IMG/VR virus record: IMGVR_UViG_3300045391_005857
DNA from: an uncultured virus (IMG/VR IMGVR_UViG_3300045391_005857)
Taxonomy: Duplodnaviria > Heunggongvirae > Uroviricota > Caudoviricetes
DNA: 64,000 nucleotides
Reading direction: 5' to 3' (one strand)
Shown here piece by piece: positions 19,100 to 28,361 of the stretch (position 1 is its first letter; each line of letters opens with the position of its first letter). Both the position numbers and the translations under genes were made by a program. Below the pieces are notes generated by a model. It worked only from the letters and a program-made list of their open reading frames with translations, had not been told where the DNA came from and searched no databases.

Positions 19100-20571
19100 T
19101 CGACGTCAGTCCCGACGGGTTCAGCCCGTTGCCTCGGCAGATCGGCGAGTTGTTGATGCCGCTGCTGACGTATCAGTACAAGAAGCTGCTGCGTGGTGCC
19201 GAGGCCTTCGATTACGCCACGGGCGATCGGCACCACATTCAGATCGAGAACCGCTATCTCTACACGATGGAGCAAGGCCGGCTGACGACGGGCTACGGGT
19301 TTATCCCGGCGTTCATGCAGACGCTGCAGCGGTATGGGCACGAGGTTCATGTCGTGGACATCAGCCCGCCCCGCGAGCGACCCAATTGCTATGAGCCCGA
19401 CTGGGATGCGCTCTACAAGGCCTTCCAGTTCCGTCCGCGACAAGAGGAGTGCATCCAATTGATTGCCTCGCTGGAAGGCGGTGTGATCAAAGCGGCGCCT
19501 GGTTTCGGCAAGACCGAGATCATCGGGATGGCGGGCATCTTGTTCCCCAACGCCAACATCCACGTCGTCGTTAAACCGGTGGACGTCGCCAAGCGCATCG
19601 TGCGACGGTTGACGCGGTTCTTTCCCAACGTGGGGCAGGTCGGCGGCGGCAAGCGGACGATGGGGCGAGTCACGGTCTTCACCGGCGACAGCTTGCACCT
19701 GTCCGATTGCGACGCAGACTTCCTGATGGCGGACGAAGGGCACATGTTGATGCCCGACACCTACGCCGAGCAGCTCTCGCGGTATCGGATCACCAAGAAC
19801 TTCACGTTCTCGGCGACGCCGCATACCCGCATGGATGGCACGAGCGCTCGGATGCAGATGTTTTTCGGGCCGGTCATCTTCGATCTGCCGTATGCGGAGG
19901 CCGTGGCTCTCGGGCTCACGGTGCCGATCAAGGTGCGGTGGCTTGACATCGCCCTCGACCACAATCCGGCCGACGAAAAGACCGGCACGGCCAAGGATCG
20001 TTGGGGCATCTGGCGGAACGCTGATCGCAACGCAATCATCGCCCACGATATCCATACCAACAACGGCGACCCCAATAAGCAGGTCCTCGTGCTGTGCGCC
20101 ACGTTCGAGCACGCGGTCAATCTCTGGCAGCACTTGCCCGAGTTCGAGCTGTGCTACGCCCCCAAGGACGAGGCCGAGATCGAAGGCTACATCCGTTCGC
20201 GGATGCTGCCCCGCGGTTTCATTCCGATGACGCCGCAGCGTCGCGACGCGATGCGGGCCGGCTTCGAGGCGGGCACCTTGAAAAAGGTGATCTGCACCGA
20301 TGTCTGGTCAACTGGGGTCGATTTCGAACAGCTTCAGGTGTTATACCGAGCAGACGCTCGCGAGTCCGAAGACCTCGACACACAGGGTCCCGGCCGCACG
20401 TCGCGTATTTTCGAAGGTAAGGAGTACGGCGAGGTGGTCGATTGTTTCGATCGTTTCGATACGGGGTATCGCCGCAAAAGCGAAACCCGTCGGCGACACT
20501 ACAAGACCAACGAGTGGGAGCAGGTGGATTGGCCGCTCGGACGCGGCCGTCGCCAAATCAGCCATGCCTAG
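19066..20571 (+). CDS. Superfamily 2 helicase (UvsW/XPB-like)
   Basis: RPRQ, APGFGKT, DEGH, SATP, STGVD, QGPGRTSR. Confidence 0.88.
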   Translation: MQIIIRRSGTLIDVSPDGFSPLPRQIGELLMPLLTYQYKKLLRGAEAFDYATGDRHHIQIENRYLYTMEQGRLTTGYGFIPAFMQTLQRYGHEVHVVDISPPRERPNCYEPDWDALYKAFQFRPRQEECIQLIASLEGGVIKAAPGFGKTEIIGMAGILFPNANIHVVVKPVDVAKRIVRRLTRFFPNVGQVGGGKRTMGRVTVFTGDSLHLSDCDADFLMADEGHMLMPDTYAEQLSRYRITKNFTFSATPHTRMDGTSARMQMFFGPVIFDLPYAEAVALGLTVPIKVRWLDIALDHNPADEKTGTAKDRWGIWRNADRNAIIAHDIHTNNGDPNKQVLVLCATFEHAVNLWQHLPEFELCYAPKDEAEIEGYIRSRMLPRGFIPMTPQRRDAMRAGFEAGTLKKVICTDVWSTGVDFEQLQVLYRADARESEDLDTQGPGRTSRIFEGKEYGEVVDCFDRFDTGYRRKSETRRRHYKTNEWEQVDWPLGRGRRQISHA

Positions 20572-21280
20572 AGAGCATCGTGCGATCGATCTTGATCCTA
20601 CTCTGGCTGGGACGGCTGAGCCGGTTCCGGAGAATGGGATCACCGAACAACTTGGCAGGTACGTGCGATCGGTCTATATCGGCTGCTATCGCGAGTACAC
20701 TGGGAAGTTCGAGTACGGCCTGACCCACATGGCGAGCTGGGATGGCGGGGAAGACAGCTTCGGCCGTCGCCATCGTCCCGTCTGGCCAAAAATCGCCGAG
20801 AAAATCATCCACCTGGGTGTGGACCCGATCCTGTTTATTCGTGGGCAATTTTGGTGTCGGCGGGATGACACGCGTCCCCCCTTGCCGACCTACCTCTTGA
20901 GCGATGAGGCCGAGGCGCGTTATCGTGCCTACCTTCAGCAGGCTCCCGCCGTAGCGCAAACTGAGTACGAGGCGGACCTGCGGATGGTACAGACGGAAGT
21001 TCTGCTGCTGACCTCACGGTTGGGATGGGAGTACAAGCGGGCGCTGCGTTACGCATTGAGTAGCGTGGTCACGGTGCAGGCCTCTGCATTGTTCAGATTC
21101 TGCTTGGCTGCCGCCGAAGGATTGTGGGATTTAGCGCAGCACTTTCACGATCAAGCGTTGCTACAGTACGTCTTCCAACAGGAGGTTTTGGATGTGGCCT
21201 GGGGTGCCCGCATTCCGCTCGCGCTGCGCGAGGAATGTCTGCGCCTGCGAGCCGCCATCCTGGGGAGGGCAATAGCATGA
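20564..21280 (+). CDS. Hypothetical protein; N-terminal REHRAIDL tag
   Basis: ATG 20564 overlaps the helicase stop; begins MPREHRAIDLD. Confidence 0.7.
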   Translation: MPREHRAIDLDPTLAGTAEPVPENGITEQLGRYVRSVYIGCYREYTGKFEYGLTHMASWDGGEDSFGRRHRPVWPKIAEKIIHLGVDPILFIRGQFWCRRDDTRPPLPTYLLSDEAEARYRAYLQQAPAVAQTEYEADLRMVQTEVLLLTSRLGWEYKRALRYALSSVVTVQASALFRFCLAAAEGLWDLAQHFHDQALLQYVFQQEVLDVAWGARIPLALREECLRLRAAILGRAIA

Positions 21281-21296
21281 GAAGGATTCAGGGATC

Positions 21297-23000
21297 ATGT
21301 CTCAGCCGCTGCGCCAAGGACAACCGGCCGATGCGTTCTTAACTGCTCAACGGCTGACGGAAGTCGCTCAGCCGATTGACCCGGTAGAGTTGGATTTGCT
21401 GTTTAACTGCTTCTGTCAATTCCCGAGCTTCTTCGCGGAAGCGCGACGGATTGTCCAGGAGTATCACTTCGACCCGACCGCAGAGCTGCAATACGCACTG
21501 ATGTGGCGTTCGATGTGCGCGATCGCCGATCGGCACGGCCATCCGAACAACGATACGTTGATCGCGGAGGTCATGCAGCATCTCAAACCGTTGCAGCAAA
21601 CGCTCCCGCCCGATTTCGTTGACGGCTTGCTCCGGCAAGACGGCCACGGATTGATTTGGGCTAGTACTTTTACACCGCCCAGTGAGACGACGCTGGCTTA
21701 CGGCCGCGAGAAGCTGCGGAAGTTTCTCCACGAGCGAACCGTTGTCTACCCATTGCGGCGAATGCTGTCGCAAGGGCTCGCCGGCACTTACTCGGTCGAG
21801 CTGCCGAAATTGCTCGATTTGGTCAACGTCCAACGCGGGGCAATCGATTCACTCCAGGCCGTGCCGCGCGTTCTCTGTCGGCCGCCCGGAGCGCCGATCG
21901 ACAGACCGGCCCAGATATTTCGCTCGACCGGAATCGGGTTCTTCGACCGGATTCTGGGCGGGCAGCGTGTCGGCGACCTCAACGGGTTCATCGGGGCGAT
22001 CGGGGCCGGCAAAACCACCACGGGCTGCCACATGGCGACAGCGTCAGCTAAGCAGGCTTACACCGAGTGGGAAGCGGCCGGCGTGCCTAATACTCGGCCG
22101 GACCTGACGCTCTTTATCACCGCCGAAGAAAGTGGCGATCGCGTAATGCCGCGTCTGCAATCCGCTGCGTTCCAGATTCCCCGTGTGAAGCTGGAGACCA
22201 TGACGGATTGGAGCGCACTCACACACCCCGGTGCTACGGAGGCTTACGAGCAGGCGCTGGCTCCGACGGCCCCCGAGGTTTTGTCGGAGATGGATCGTTA
22301 CTACATCAACTACGAGTGGTTCAACAGCAGCCTGGAAGTCTTCGACATGTCGGGCTCACAACAATTCCCGCACGCCGGCGAAGGCTTCGTGCCCGAGATT
22401 GTGGCCAACATCGAGTCGACGTTGAACGCTCGCGGCCAGCGGCTGCGGACGGTGATCATCGACTGGGTCGGGATTCTGGTCGAACGGTACATGGGTGCCA
22501 ACGGTATCCGCCAAGACAACCTGCGGTACTACATTTCCAAATTCTTGAGCGACTGTCGCCGTATGGTCGCGGAGCGATTCGGCTGCACGGTCTGGGCGAT
22601 GCATCAGCTCAAGACGTCATTGGGCTCGTCCTCGCCTACGAAGTTGTTCCATCACTCCGATGCGGCCGAGGCTACAAACTACGCGGCCGAGCTGGCGGTG
22701 TGTGCTTGCATGGGCGTGCCGGACAATGAGACCGGTTGCCGCCGCATCAACTTCTCCAAGGTGCGATACAAGCCCAATGAGGAAGTGCAGCCGGTGATCG
22801 TTAAGATCCACCGGATGTTTTCGTTGCTGGAGGACGTCGGTCACCTGTATGGTGTGGATGATTCCGGACACAAGTTTGCCTTGCTGTCGGATTTGACGCG
22901 CGTGCAGGGTTCACCGACGGCTCAGGTTCGTCCTGCCTCGAACGGCCCGCCAGGGATGCGTCGTACTGACCCGATTGATGATTTAGGGATTCAGAATTAA
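21297..23000 (+). CDS. DnaB-like (RecA-fold) replicative helicase
   Basis: STGIGFFDRILGG, Walker A GAIGAGKT, FITAEE, VIIDW, HQL, KVRY; directly upstream of primase. Confidence 0.8.
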   Translation: MSQPLRQGQPADAFLTAQRLTEVAQPIDPVELDLLFNCFCQFPSFFAEARRIVQEYHFDPTAELQYALMWRSMCAIADRHGHPNNDTLIAEVMQHLKPLQQTLPPDFVDGLLRQDGHGLIWASTFTPPSETTLAYGREKLRKFLHERTVVYPLRRMLSQGLAGTYSVELPKLLDLVNVQRGAIDSLQAVPRVLCRPPGAPIDRPAQIFRSTGIGFFDRILGGQRVGDLNGFIGAIGAGKTTTGCHMATASAKQAYTEWEAAGVPNTRPDLTLFITAEESGDRVMPRLQSAAFQIPRVKLETMTDWSALTHPGATEAYEQALAPTAPEVLSEMDRYYINYEWFNSSLEVFDMSGSQQFPHAGEGFVPEIVANIESTLNARGQRLRTVIIDWVGILVERYMGANGIRQDNLRYYISKFLSDCRRMVAERFGCTVWAMHQLKTSLGSSSPTKLFHHSDAAEATNYAAELAVCACMGVPDNETGCRRINFSKVRYKPNEEVQPVIVKIHRMFSLLEDVGHLYGVDDSGHKFALLSDLTRVQGSPTAQVRPASNGPPGMRRTDPIDDLGIQN

Positions 23001-24131
23001 ATGACCCGTCCCTTCGTACCGATGCAGGTGGTTAGCGGGACAGGCACGCAGCAGGCGTACAATGTTCCGGCCGGTATTCTATGCCCCGAACTCTACGCCT
23101 TGCTGATGCAGCGATTTGGCTCGGTCAAGATCGCCAGTCATGGTGAGCCGTTTATTCCAGCCGCCTGGATGCCGGACCCGCGCAGTGGTCGTTTGCGGCC
23201 GTTGTTGTCATCGGCCGGCGAATACTACAGGGTGTCTTGTCCGTACTGCAACGATACTAAGTATCGTCTCTGGGTGAACCACATGTTCTCCCGAATCGGG
23301 CCGGACAACCGGCAGATGACCTACCTGGCACATTGCTACAACGAAGACTGTCTCGCGAAGTTTGAAAATCGCACTGCCTTTGTGGAGGCGGTGCTCGGTT
23401 TTCGCAACGTCAGCGAGCGCCGCCAACTCCATGTCAATCAGGCAACGATGGAGCCTGCCGAGCTGCGCGCGGCGAAGTTGCCGGATTACACGATCCCGCT
23501 TCTTGATCTCCCGCACGACCACCAGGCCGTGCAGTATCTGTGCGGCACGCGACGCTACACAGCGGCGATGATTCACAAGTACGGGGTGTGCTTCGCGAAC
23601 GGGATCGACGCCCGTTATCCGCCGGCATTCGGCCGGATCATCTTCCCGATCTACTTCAATCAGCAGCTCGTCGGGTGGCAAGGTCGCTATCCGTCGGATG
23701 AGGTGAACTGGAGTGGGTCGGGGATCGCCAAGTACTATACCCTACCCGGTTTCCGCAAGACGCAGGCGCTCTACAACTTCGACGTTGCGAAGCACAAAGA
23801 GTTCGTCGTCGTCTGTGAAGGCGTCACTGACGTCCACGCTGGCGGCGATCATTTCGTCGCGGTGTTTGGCAAGAACTGCCACTTCCACCAGCGGATGCTG
23901 CTCAACTCCCTCGACCGATCGAAGACGGTCATCTTCCTCCTGGACCCCGATGCCCGCGAGGAGATGGATGGTATTGTCGCTTCGTTCACGGAAGGCATCG
24001 CGGCCCGTGCCGTGTTACCCATTTACCTACCAGACGGTTTCGACCCCGGCGACTATGATCGCTATGCCCTGTGGAACTTCATCACAGTGGAGGCTGCCAA
24101 GCGCGGCTTACAGTTACGTTTTACGTCGTAG
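23001..24131 (+). CDS. DNA primase (Zn finger + TOPRIM)
   Basis: CPYC...HCYNEDC, RIIFP...GWQGR, KYY, CEGVTD, LLDPDA, DPGD. Confidence 0.9.
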   Translation: MTRPFVPMQVVSGTGTQQAYNVPAGILCPELYALLMQRFGSVKIASHGEPFIPAAWMPDPRSGRLRPLLSSAGEYYRVSCPYCNDTKYRLWVNHMFSRIGPDNRQMTYLAHCYNEDCLAKFENRTAFVEAVLGFRNVSERRQLHVNQATMEPAELRAAKLPDYTIPLLDLPHDHQAVQYLCGTRRYTAAMIHKYGVCFANGIDARYPPAFGRIIFPIYFNQQLVGWQGRYPSDEVNWSGSGIAKYYTLPGFRKTQALYNFDVAKHKEFVVVCEGVTDVHAGGDHFVAVFGKNCHFHQRMLLNSLDRSKTVIFLLDPDAREEMDGIVASFTEGIAARAVLPIYLPDGFDPGDYDRYALWNFITVEAAKRGLQLRFTS

Positions 24132-24134
24132 TTT

Positions 24135-24752
24135 ATGCGATATTCGGCAAAGTACCCCGGCAAGCGACGCTGCAGTAAACGGCTGTCGTCCGTTTGCCGC
24201 GATGCGGCTGGGTGGCGGCCGTTGTCGCGTTTCGGAAAAGGTAAGACAAATAGTGATGGGTTGCATTCACATTGCTTGGATTGTCGTAACGCGATTTACA
24301 CTGCTTGGCGAGTGAAGAACAGGGAACGTCGCCAACAGTATCAGCAGGCATGGCGAGCCAAGCACCCGGAACGCTACAAGTCGTTGAATGATAAGCACCA
24401 TCGCGACCACGCTGATCACGGCCGGGCTTACACGCGGCGTTGGAAAAAAGAACACCCTGTACAACACCGAAGTCATCAGCACGAGCGGTACCGCCGATTG
24501 AAGTTTGCCGGCGGACGAATTACCGATGCAGATTGGGAAGAGGTGTTGCAGGCTTACGGCCGGCGGTGTCTCAACCCGCTGTGTCGTTCTACAAAAGATT
24601 TAACCATTGATCATGTCGTTCCTGCGCCAGAAGGCCGTAACGATAAGACCAATGTTCAGCCGCTCTGTCGCAAGTGTAATGCCAGTAAAAAGCGGAAAGT
24701 GATTGACTACAGACCCGACAAAGGGGCTCGTTGGAGACGCGAGAAACGATGA
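24135..24752 (+). CDS. HNH endonuclease (free-standing)
   Basis: LTIDHVVP...GRNDKTNVQPLCRKCNASK; looks more AT-rich than its flanks. Confidence 0.88.
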   Translation: MRYSAKYPGKRRCSKRLSSVCRDAAGWRPLSRFGKGKTNSDGLHSHCLDCRNAIYTAWRVKNRERRQQYQQAWRAKHPERYKSLNDKHHRDHADHGRAYTRRWKKEHPVQHRSHQHERYRRLKFAGGRITDADWEEVLQAYGRRCLNPLCRSTKDLTIDHVVPAPEGRNDKTNVQPLCRKCNASKKRKVIDYRPDKGARWRREKR

Positions 24753-27700
24753 GTGCTGAGCTATTCAATGCCATCTGGCGGGATCAATTGACACCGGATG
24801 TTGAAGCGGCCTTGGATCGGGAGTTCCCGTTCTACCCGCTTACTTCGCCTGGCATGCCATTGCCGGGCCCGAACTTCATTGCCAACGCGGCGCGATGGGG
24901 TGAACCGCCGCCAACGATTGTCGGTACCAAAGACACTCGACGGATTCAGGAGTGCGGCAAGTGGCTGCATTACTACTACCGCCGGGCGCTGTACGACGCC
25001 GATTTCCGCATCCACGTGAATGTCCGCGGCAATTGGGTCGAGGCGGCACTGGTCCAGGGTCACGATCTGGGTGGCACGGCGGCCGAGTTCAGCGGCGGCC
25101 CACGGCCGGCGAAGATCATGATCATCGGCAAGCACCCCGGTATGGAGGAGCTGCAGTATCAGACCAACTTCGTCGGTCCGACTTCCCAGGAGTTCTTTGA
25201 CGCCCTCGACGAGCTGGGCGTGACCGAAGGGGAGCGGGCTTCGTGGTATTGCACCAACCTCTGCAAATGGACGCAGCTTGATCCGCAGTCGGACTCCCTA
25301 TCGTCGGCCTGGAAACAGGACAACGCCATCTTGCTGGAGCAGGAGCTGCGGCTGGTGAAGCCGGATTACATCCTCTGCCTCGGCAGCGACGCCTCCAAGC
25401 ACGTGCTCGGCGGTTCGCAGTACGGTGTGCAGTCGATGGTCGGTCGCGTGGTCCCTAAAAAGATCATGATCTCCGACAACCCTGCCGATCCGACGTATCA
25501 CACGGCCAAGGTCATGTCGGTGACGCACCCGGCCCAGGTGTATCGACACCCCGAGATGTTCGATGACTTCAAGGCGCAAATCGCGCTCTTCATCTCATTG
25601 ACCAACGGGGCCGACGTCGGTGGTCGCGAGTATTTCGTCAAGCACAAGAACGTCTACAAGCTGCGGGAACTCAAGGCGATCGTCGACGAGATTCGCAGCG
25701 ACCCCGACCCGCTCCGCCGCATCATCGCGGTGGACGGCGAATGGGAGGGCGATCACCCGTCGGATGAAGGCGCCTATCTGCGGACGGTGCAATTCAGCAG
25801 CCAGCACGGCGAGGGCATTACCGTGGTGCTGCGGCACCAAGGCGGCATGCCGGCGTTCAAGCCGGATATTCCCTCCGCGATGAAAGAGCTGTCGCGATTG
25901 CTCAAGTACGATCCGGAAGGCGGGTGGATGCCGCGTGTCGGCGGTCACTTCTTCCGGGCTGACTTGCCGTGGTTGCTGCACGAAGGGCTCGATCTGCGGA
26001 CCGAGTATCGGCCGCCGTTGGAGCTGGAGAAGTGTCGCGACGAAGGTGGTTGGGACACCAGCGTGATGTATCACTCGGTGAACGAAGCCGCCTCGTATGG
26101 CTTGGAGGATATGACCGCCAAGCTGACGACGGTGCCGCGGTACGACGAGCCGCTAATGAAGTGGCGACAGCAGCACTGCAAGCGGCTGGGCATCAAAGAG
26201 AAGGACCTCGACGGTTACGGTGCCTGCCCGCCGTGGATCTTGCACCCCGAAGCCTACGAGGAGAACCCGAACTACGCCTCGTACGACCCGGACACCACGC
26301 GACGGATTGCCATCCGCTGCATGGAGCCCGGCGGTCTGCTCGATCGCGACTGGTTCGGCAATCCGTCGTGGGAGCCGTACTGGATCGCCCACCGAGCCAG
26401 TGTGGGCTTCCTCGAAATGGAAATGAACGGGATCACGCTCGACAAGGATCGAGTGGACCAGCTCACTCGCAGTTTCATGGAGGGCCACGACAAGCTGCTG
26501 AACTACTTCCGGCAGCAGATCAACTGGCCGGACTTCAACCCGCGATCGCATCCGCAGTGCCGCGTGTTCCTATTCGGCGAGCAGTACTCGGGCAAGATCG
26601 ATAAACAGACCGGTCGGCCGATTCCAATCATGCCGGCCGGAGCCCTGTCGCTCGGTCTGCCGCCGGAGACCAGCACCGGCAAACGTCCCAAAGCCTGGGC
26701 CACGCTCGTGGCTCGCGGCGAAGCCCATTTCCATACGCCCTCGACCAACAAAGAGGTGCTTGGCATTCTGGGCCACCAGCATAAGCTGGCAATGATCTTG
26801 CGCGACATCAAGTTTCTCGCCCAGGTGCTCAGTACCACGCTTCGGCGGCCGGAAGTTGCTTCCGACGGCCAGGTCGATCGCGACGACGATGACAACTACG
26901 TCTACTCGGACGGCGTGCCGTCGATGGTGCATCCGGACGGGAAGATTCATACCCATCTGTCGCAGCTCAAGGAAACGCGGCGGGCCAGTAGCTACAGACC
27001 CAATCTGCAAGCACTGTCCAGCCGTCGCGAGGCGGATTACGCTCGCATCTTGGGGCAGATTCGCGACGACAAGCGGTATGGCGACTACTTGTTTGGCGGG
27101 AACCACCCCGTGTTCGAGCAGCCGCTATATACGCAGTCGGTGCGATCGATCTTCCGAGCTGACGACGATCACGCCCTGGTCGAAGTGGACTACACCGGCG
27201 CCGAGCTGGCGATGCTGGCTTGGTTGTCGGGCGATCCGCAGATGATCGAGGACGTGCGTCGCAACAATCTGCCCGAAGATCACCCGGATCACTTCGACAT
27301 CCACTCCAACCACGCGGTGACGGCGTTTCGGTTGAACTGCGAGCCCACTAAAAAGGCACTAAGCAAGGCCGGCCTGAGCCACATGCGTGTGGCGGCGAAG
27401 AATCAAATCTTCGGCACGCCATACGGTCGTGAAGCTCCGGCGATCGCCCGCCAGTGCCGCGAGGAAGGTGTCAACATCACCGATGACGACGCCCAGAAGT
27501 TGATCGACGGCTACTTCGCCCGCTATCAGCTTGTGGGTCCGTTCCTGGATGAGTGTGAGTCGAGGTCGCAGGAGGAGAAGTGGATTTGCGGTTGGTGCGG
27601 CGGCCGGCGGCGGTTCATCAGCTCACGCGATCGCAGCGTGGTTGGCGAGCAGCAGCGGCAGGCCCGTAACTGGCCGATTCAGAACGGCGTGGCAGACGCG

Positions 27701-28024
27701 GTCAACATCGCGATCTTCAACTTCGATCTGTACCGGTGGGAACACCCGGGGTTCGTGTTCTATCGTTTGATGCAGATTCACGACTCGCTGTTGTTCATGG
27801 TTCCACGGGAAAACGTACGGCGGTTCGTTCTCGGCGAGAACGGCGGCCGGAGCGTCATCCACGAGTGCATGATCGATCGCGTCCCGGTCTGGCCGAGACG
27901 GCTGGACGGCACGCCGATGCGGGTGGCTGAGCCTTACCGCTTCGGCGTCGACTTCAAAGTCGCGCTCAACTGGGGTCAGAAAATGACCAAAGAGGAGAAA
28001 GAGCGCTTTGGGATCGCGGCGTAA
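24749..28024 (+). CDS. polA: Family A DNA polymerase with N-terminal uracil-DNA-glycosylase-like domain and 3'-5' exonuclease
   Basis: UDG: IMIIGKHPG.EE...FVGP, ELRLVKPDYILCLG, THPA; Exo: AVDGE, GHFFRADL, YASYD; Pol: PNLQ, DYTGAEL (A), RVAAKNQIFGTPYG (B), NWPIQ, QIHDSL (C). Confidence 0.93.
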   Translation: MSAELFNAIWRDQLTPDVEAALDREFPFYPLTSPGMPLPGPNFIANAARWGEPPPTIVGTKDTRRIQECGKWLHYYYRRALYDADFRIHVNVRGNWVEAALVQGHDLGGTAAEFSGGPRPAKIMIIGKHPGMEELQYQTNFVGPTSQEFFDALDELGVTEGERASWYCTNLCKWTQLDPQSDSLSSAWKQDNAILLEQELRLVKPDYILCLGSDASKHVLGGSQYGVQSMVGRVVPKKIMISDNPADPTYHTAKVMSVTHPAQVYRHPEMFDDFKAQIALFISLTNGADVGGREYFVKHKNVYKLRELKAIVDEIRSDPDPLRRIIAVDGEWEGDHPSDEGAYLRTVQFSSQHGEGITVVLRHQGGMPAFKPDIPSAMKELSRLLKYDPEGGWMPRVGGHFFRADLPWLLHEGLDLRTEYRPPLELEKCRDEGGWDTSVMYHSVNEAASYGLEDMTAKLTTVPRYDEPLMKWRQQHCKRLGIKEKDLDGYGACPPWILHPEAYEENPNYASYDPDTTRRIAIRCMEPGGLLDRDWFGNPSWEPYWIAHRASVGFLEMEMNGITLDKDRVDQLTRSFMEGHDKLLNYFRQQINWPDFNPRSHPQCRVFLFGEQYSGKIDKQTGRPIPIMPAGALSLGLPPETSTGKRPKAWATLVARGEAHFHTPSTNKEVLGILGHQHKLAMILRDIKFLAQVLSTTLRRPEVASDGQVDRDDDDNYVYSDGVPSMVHPDGKIHTHLSQLKETRRASSYRPNLQALSSRREADYARILGQIRDDKRYGDYLFGGNHPVFEQPLYTQSVRSIFRADDDHALVEVDYTGAELAMLAWLSGDPQMIEDVRRNNLPEDHPDHFDIHSNHAVTAFRLNCEPTKKALSKAGLSHMRVAAKNQIFGTPYGREAPAIARQCREEGVNITDDDAQKLIDGYFARYQLVGPFLDECESRSQEEKWICGWCGGRRRFISSRDRSVVGEQQRQARNWPIQNGVADAVNIAIFNFDLYRWEHPGFVFYRLMQIHDSLLFMVPRENVRRFVLGENGGRSVIHECMIDRVPVWPRRLDGTPMRVAEPYRFGVDFKVALNWGQKMTKEEKERFGIAA

Positions 28025-28244
28025 CACTTGGAATCAACAGCTTGTCGTCTGCTACACCCGCGGTGTCCACGCGCGGCGGGCTGGAGAGGGTAGGGATTGC
28101 TGCCCGTACGGAGACCCTCGGCGGACCTATTCTGGCGGCAATTTGCAACGGCAGCGTCGCAAGATGTGGCTGGAGGGATGGGATGCAGAGGACGTCATAC
28201 AAAAAGAAAATGACCCTAGTGGACAGGGTCCAAACCGTACCTAG
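28008..28244 (+). CDS. Rmf/CrpP-fold small protein (ribosome-modulation-factor-like)
   Basis: YTRGVHARRAG...CPY...RKMWLEGW pattern; start uncertain. Confidence 0.55.
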   Translation: MGSRRNTWNQQLVVCYTRGVHARRAGEGRDCCPYGDPRRTYSGGNLQRQRRKMWLEGWDAEDVIQKENDPSGQGPNRT

Positions 28245-28260
28245 AATGTTGTTCACTATT

Positions 28261-28310
28261 GGGTATCGTCATGAGGAATCACCTCGCAGATGCCCCCGTT
28301 TTTGCTTTTC
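28261..28310 (+). terminator. Probable intrinsic terminator after the polA block
   Basis: GGGTATC...GATGCCC hairpin with inner GAGG/CCTC, followed by a T-rich run. Confidence 0.5.
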
Positions 28311-28361
28311 GGTTTCTTTGTTTTAGTTGAGTTACTTCGATAACTCGGAAGGAAGTGTTTG

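Noticed and set aside
23251..23267. Inverted repeat ACGATACT-A-AGTATCGT in the primase gene, loosely similar to the dispersed DNA motif
   Set aside because: Single occurrence inside the Zn-finger coding region with several mismatches to the motif; likely chance.
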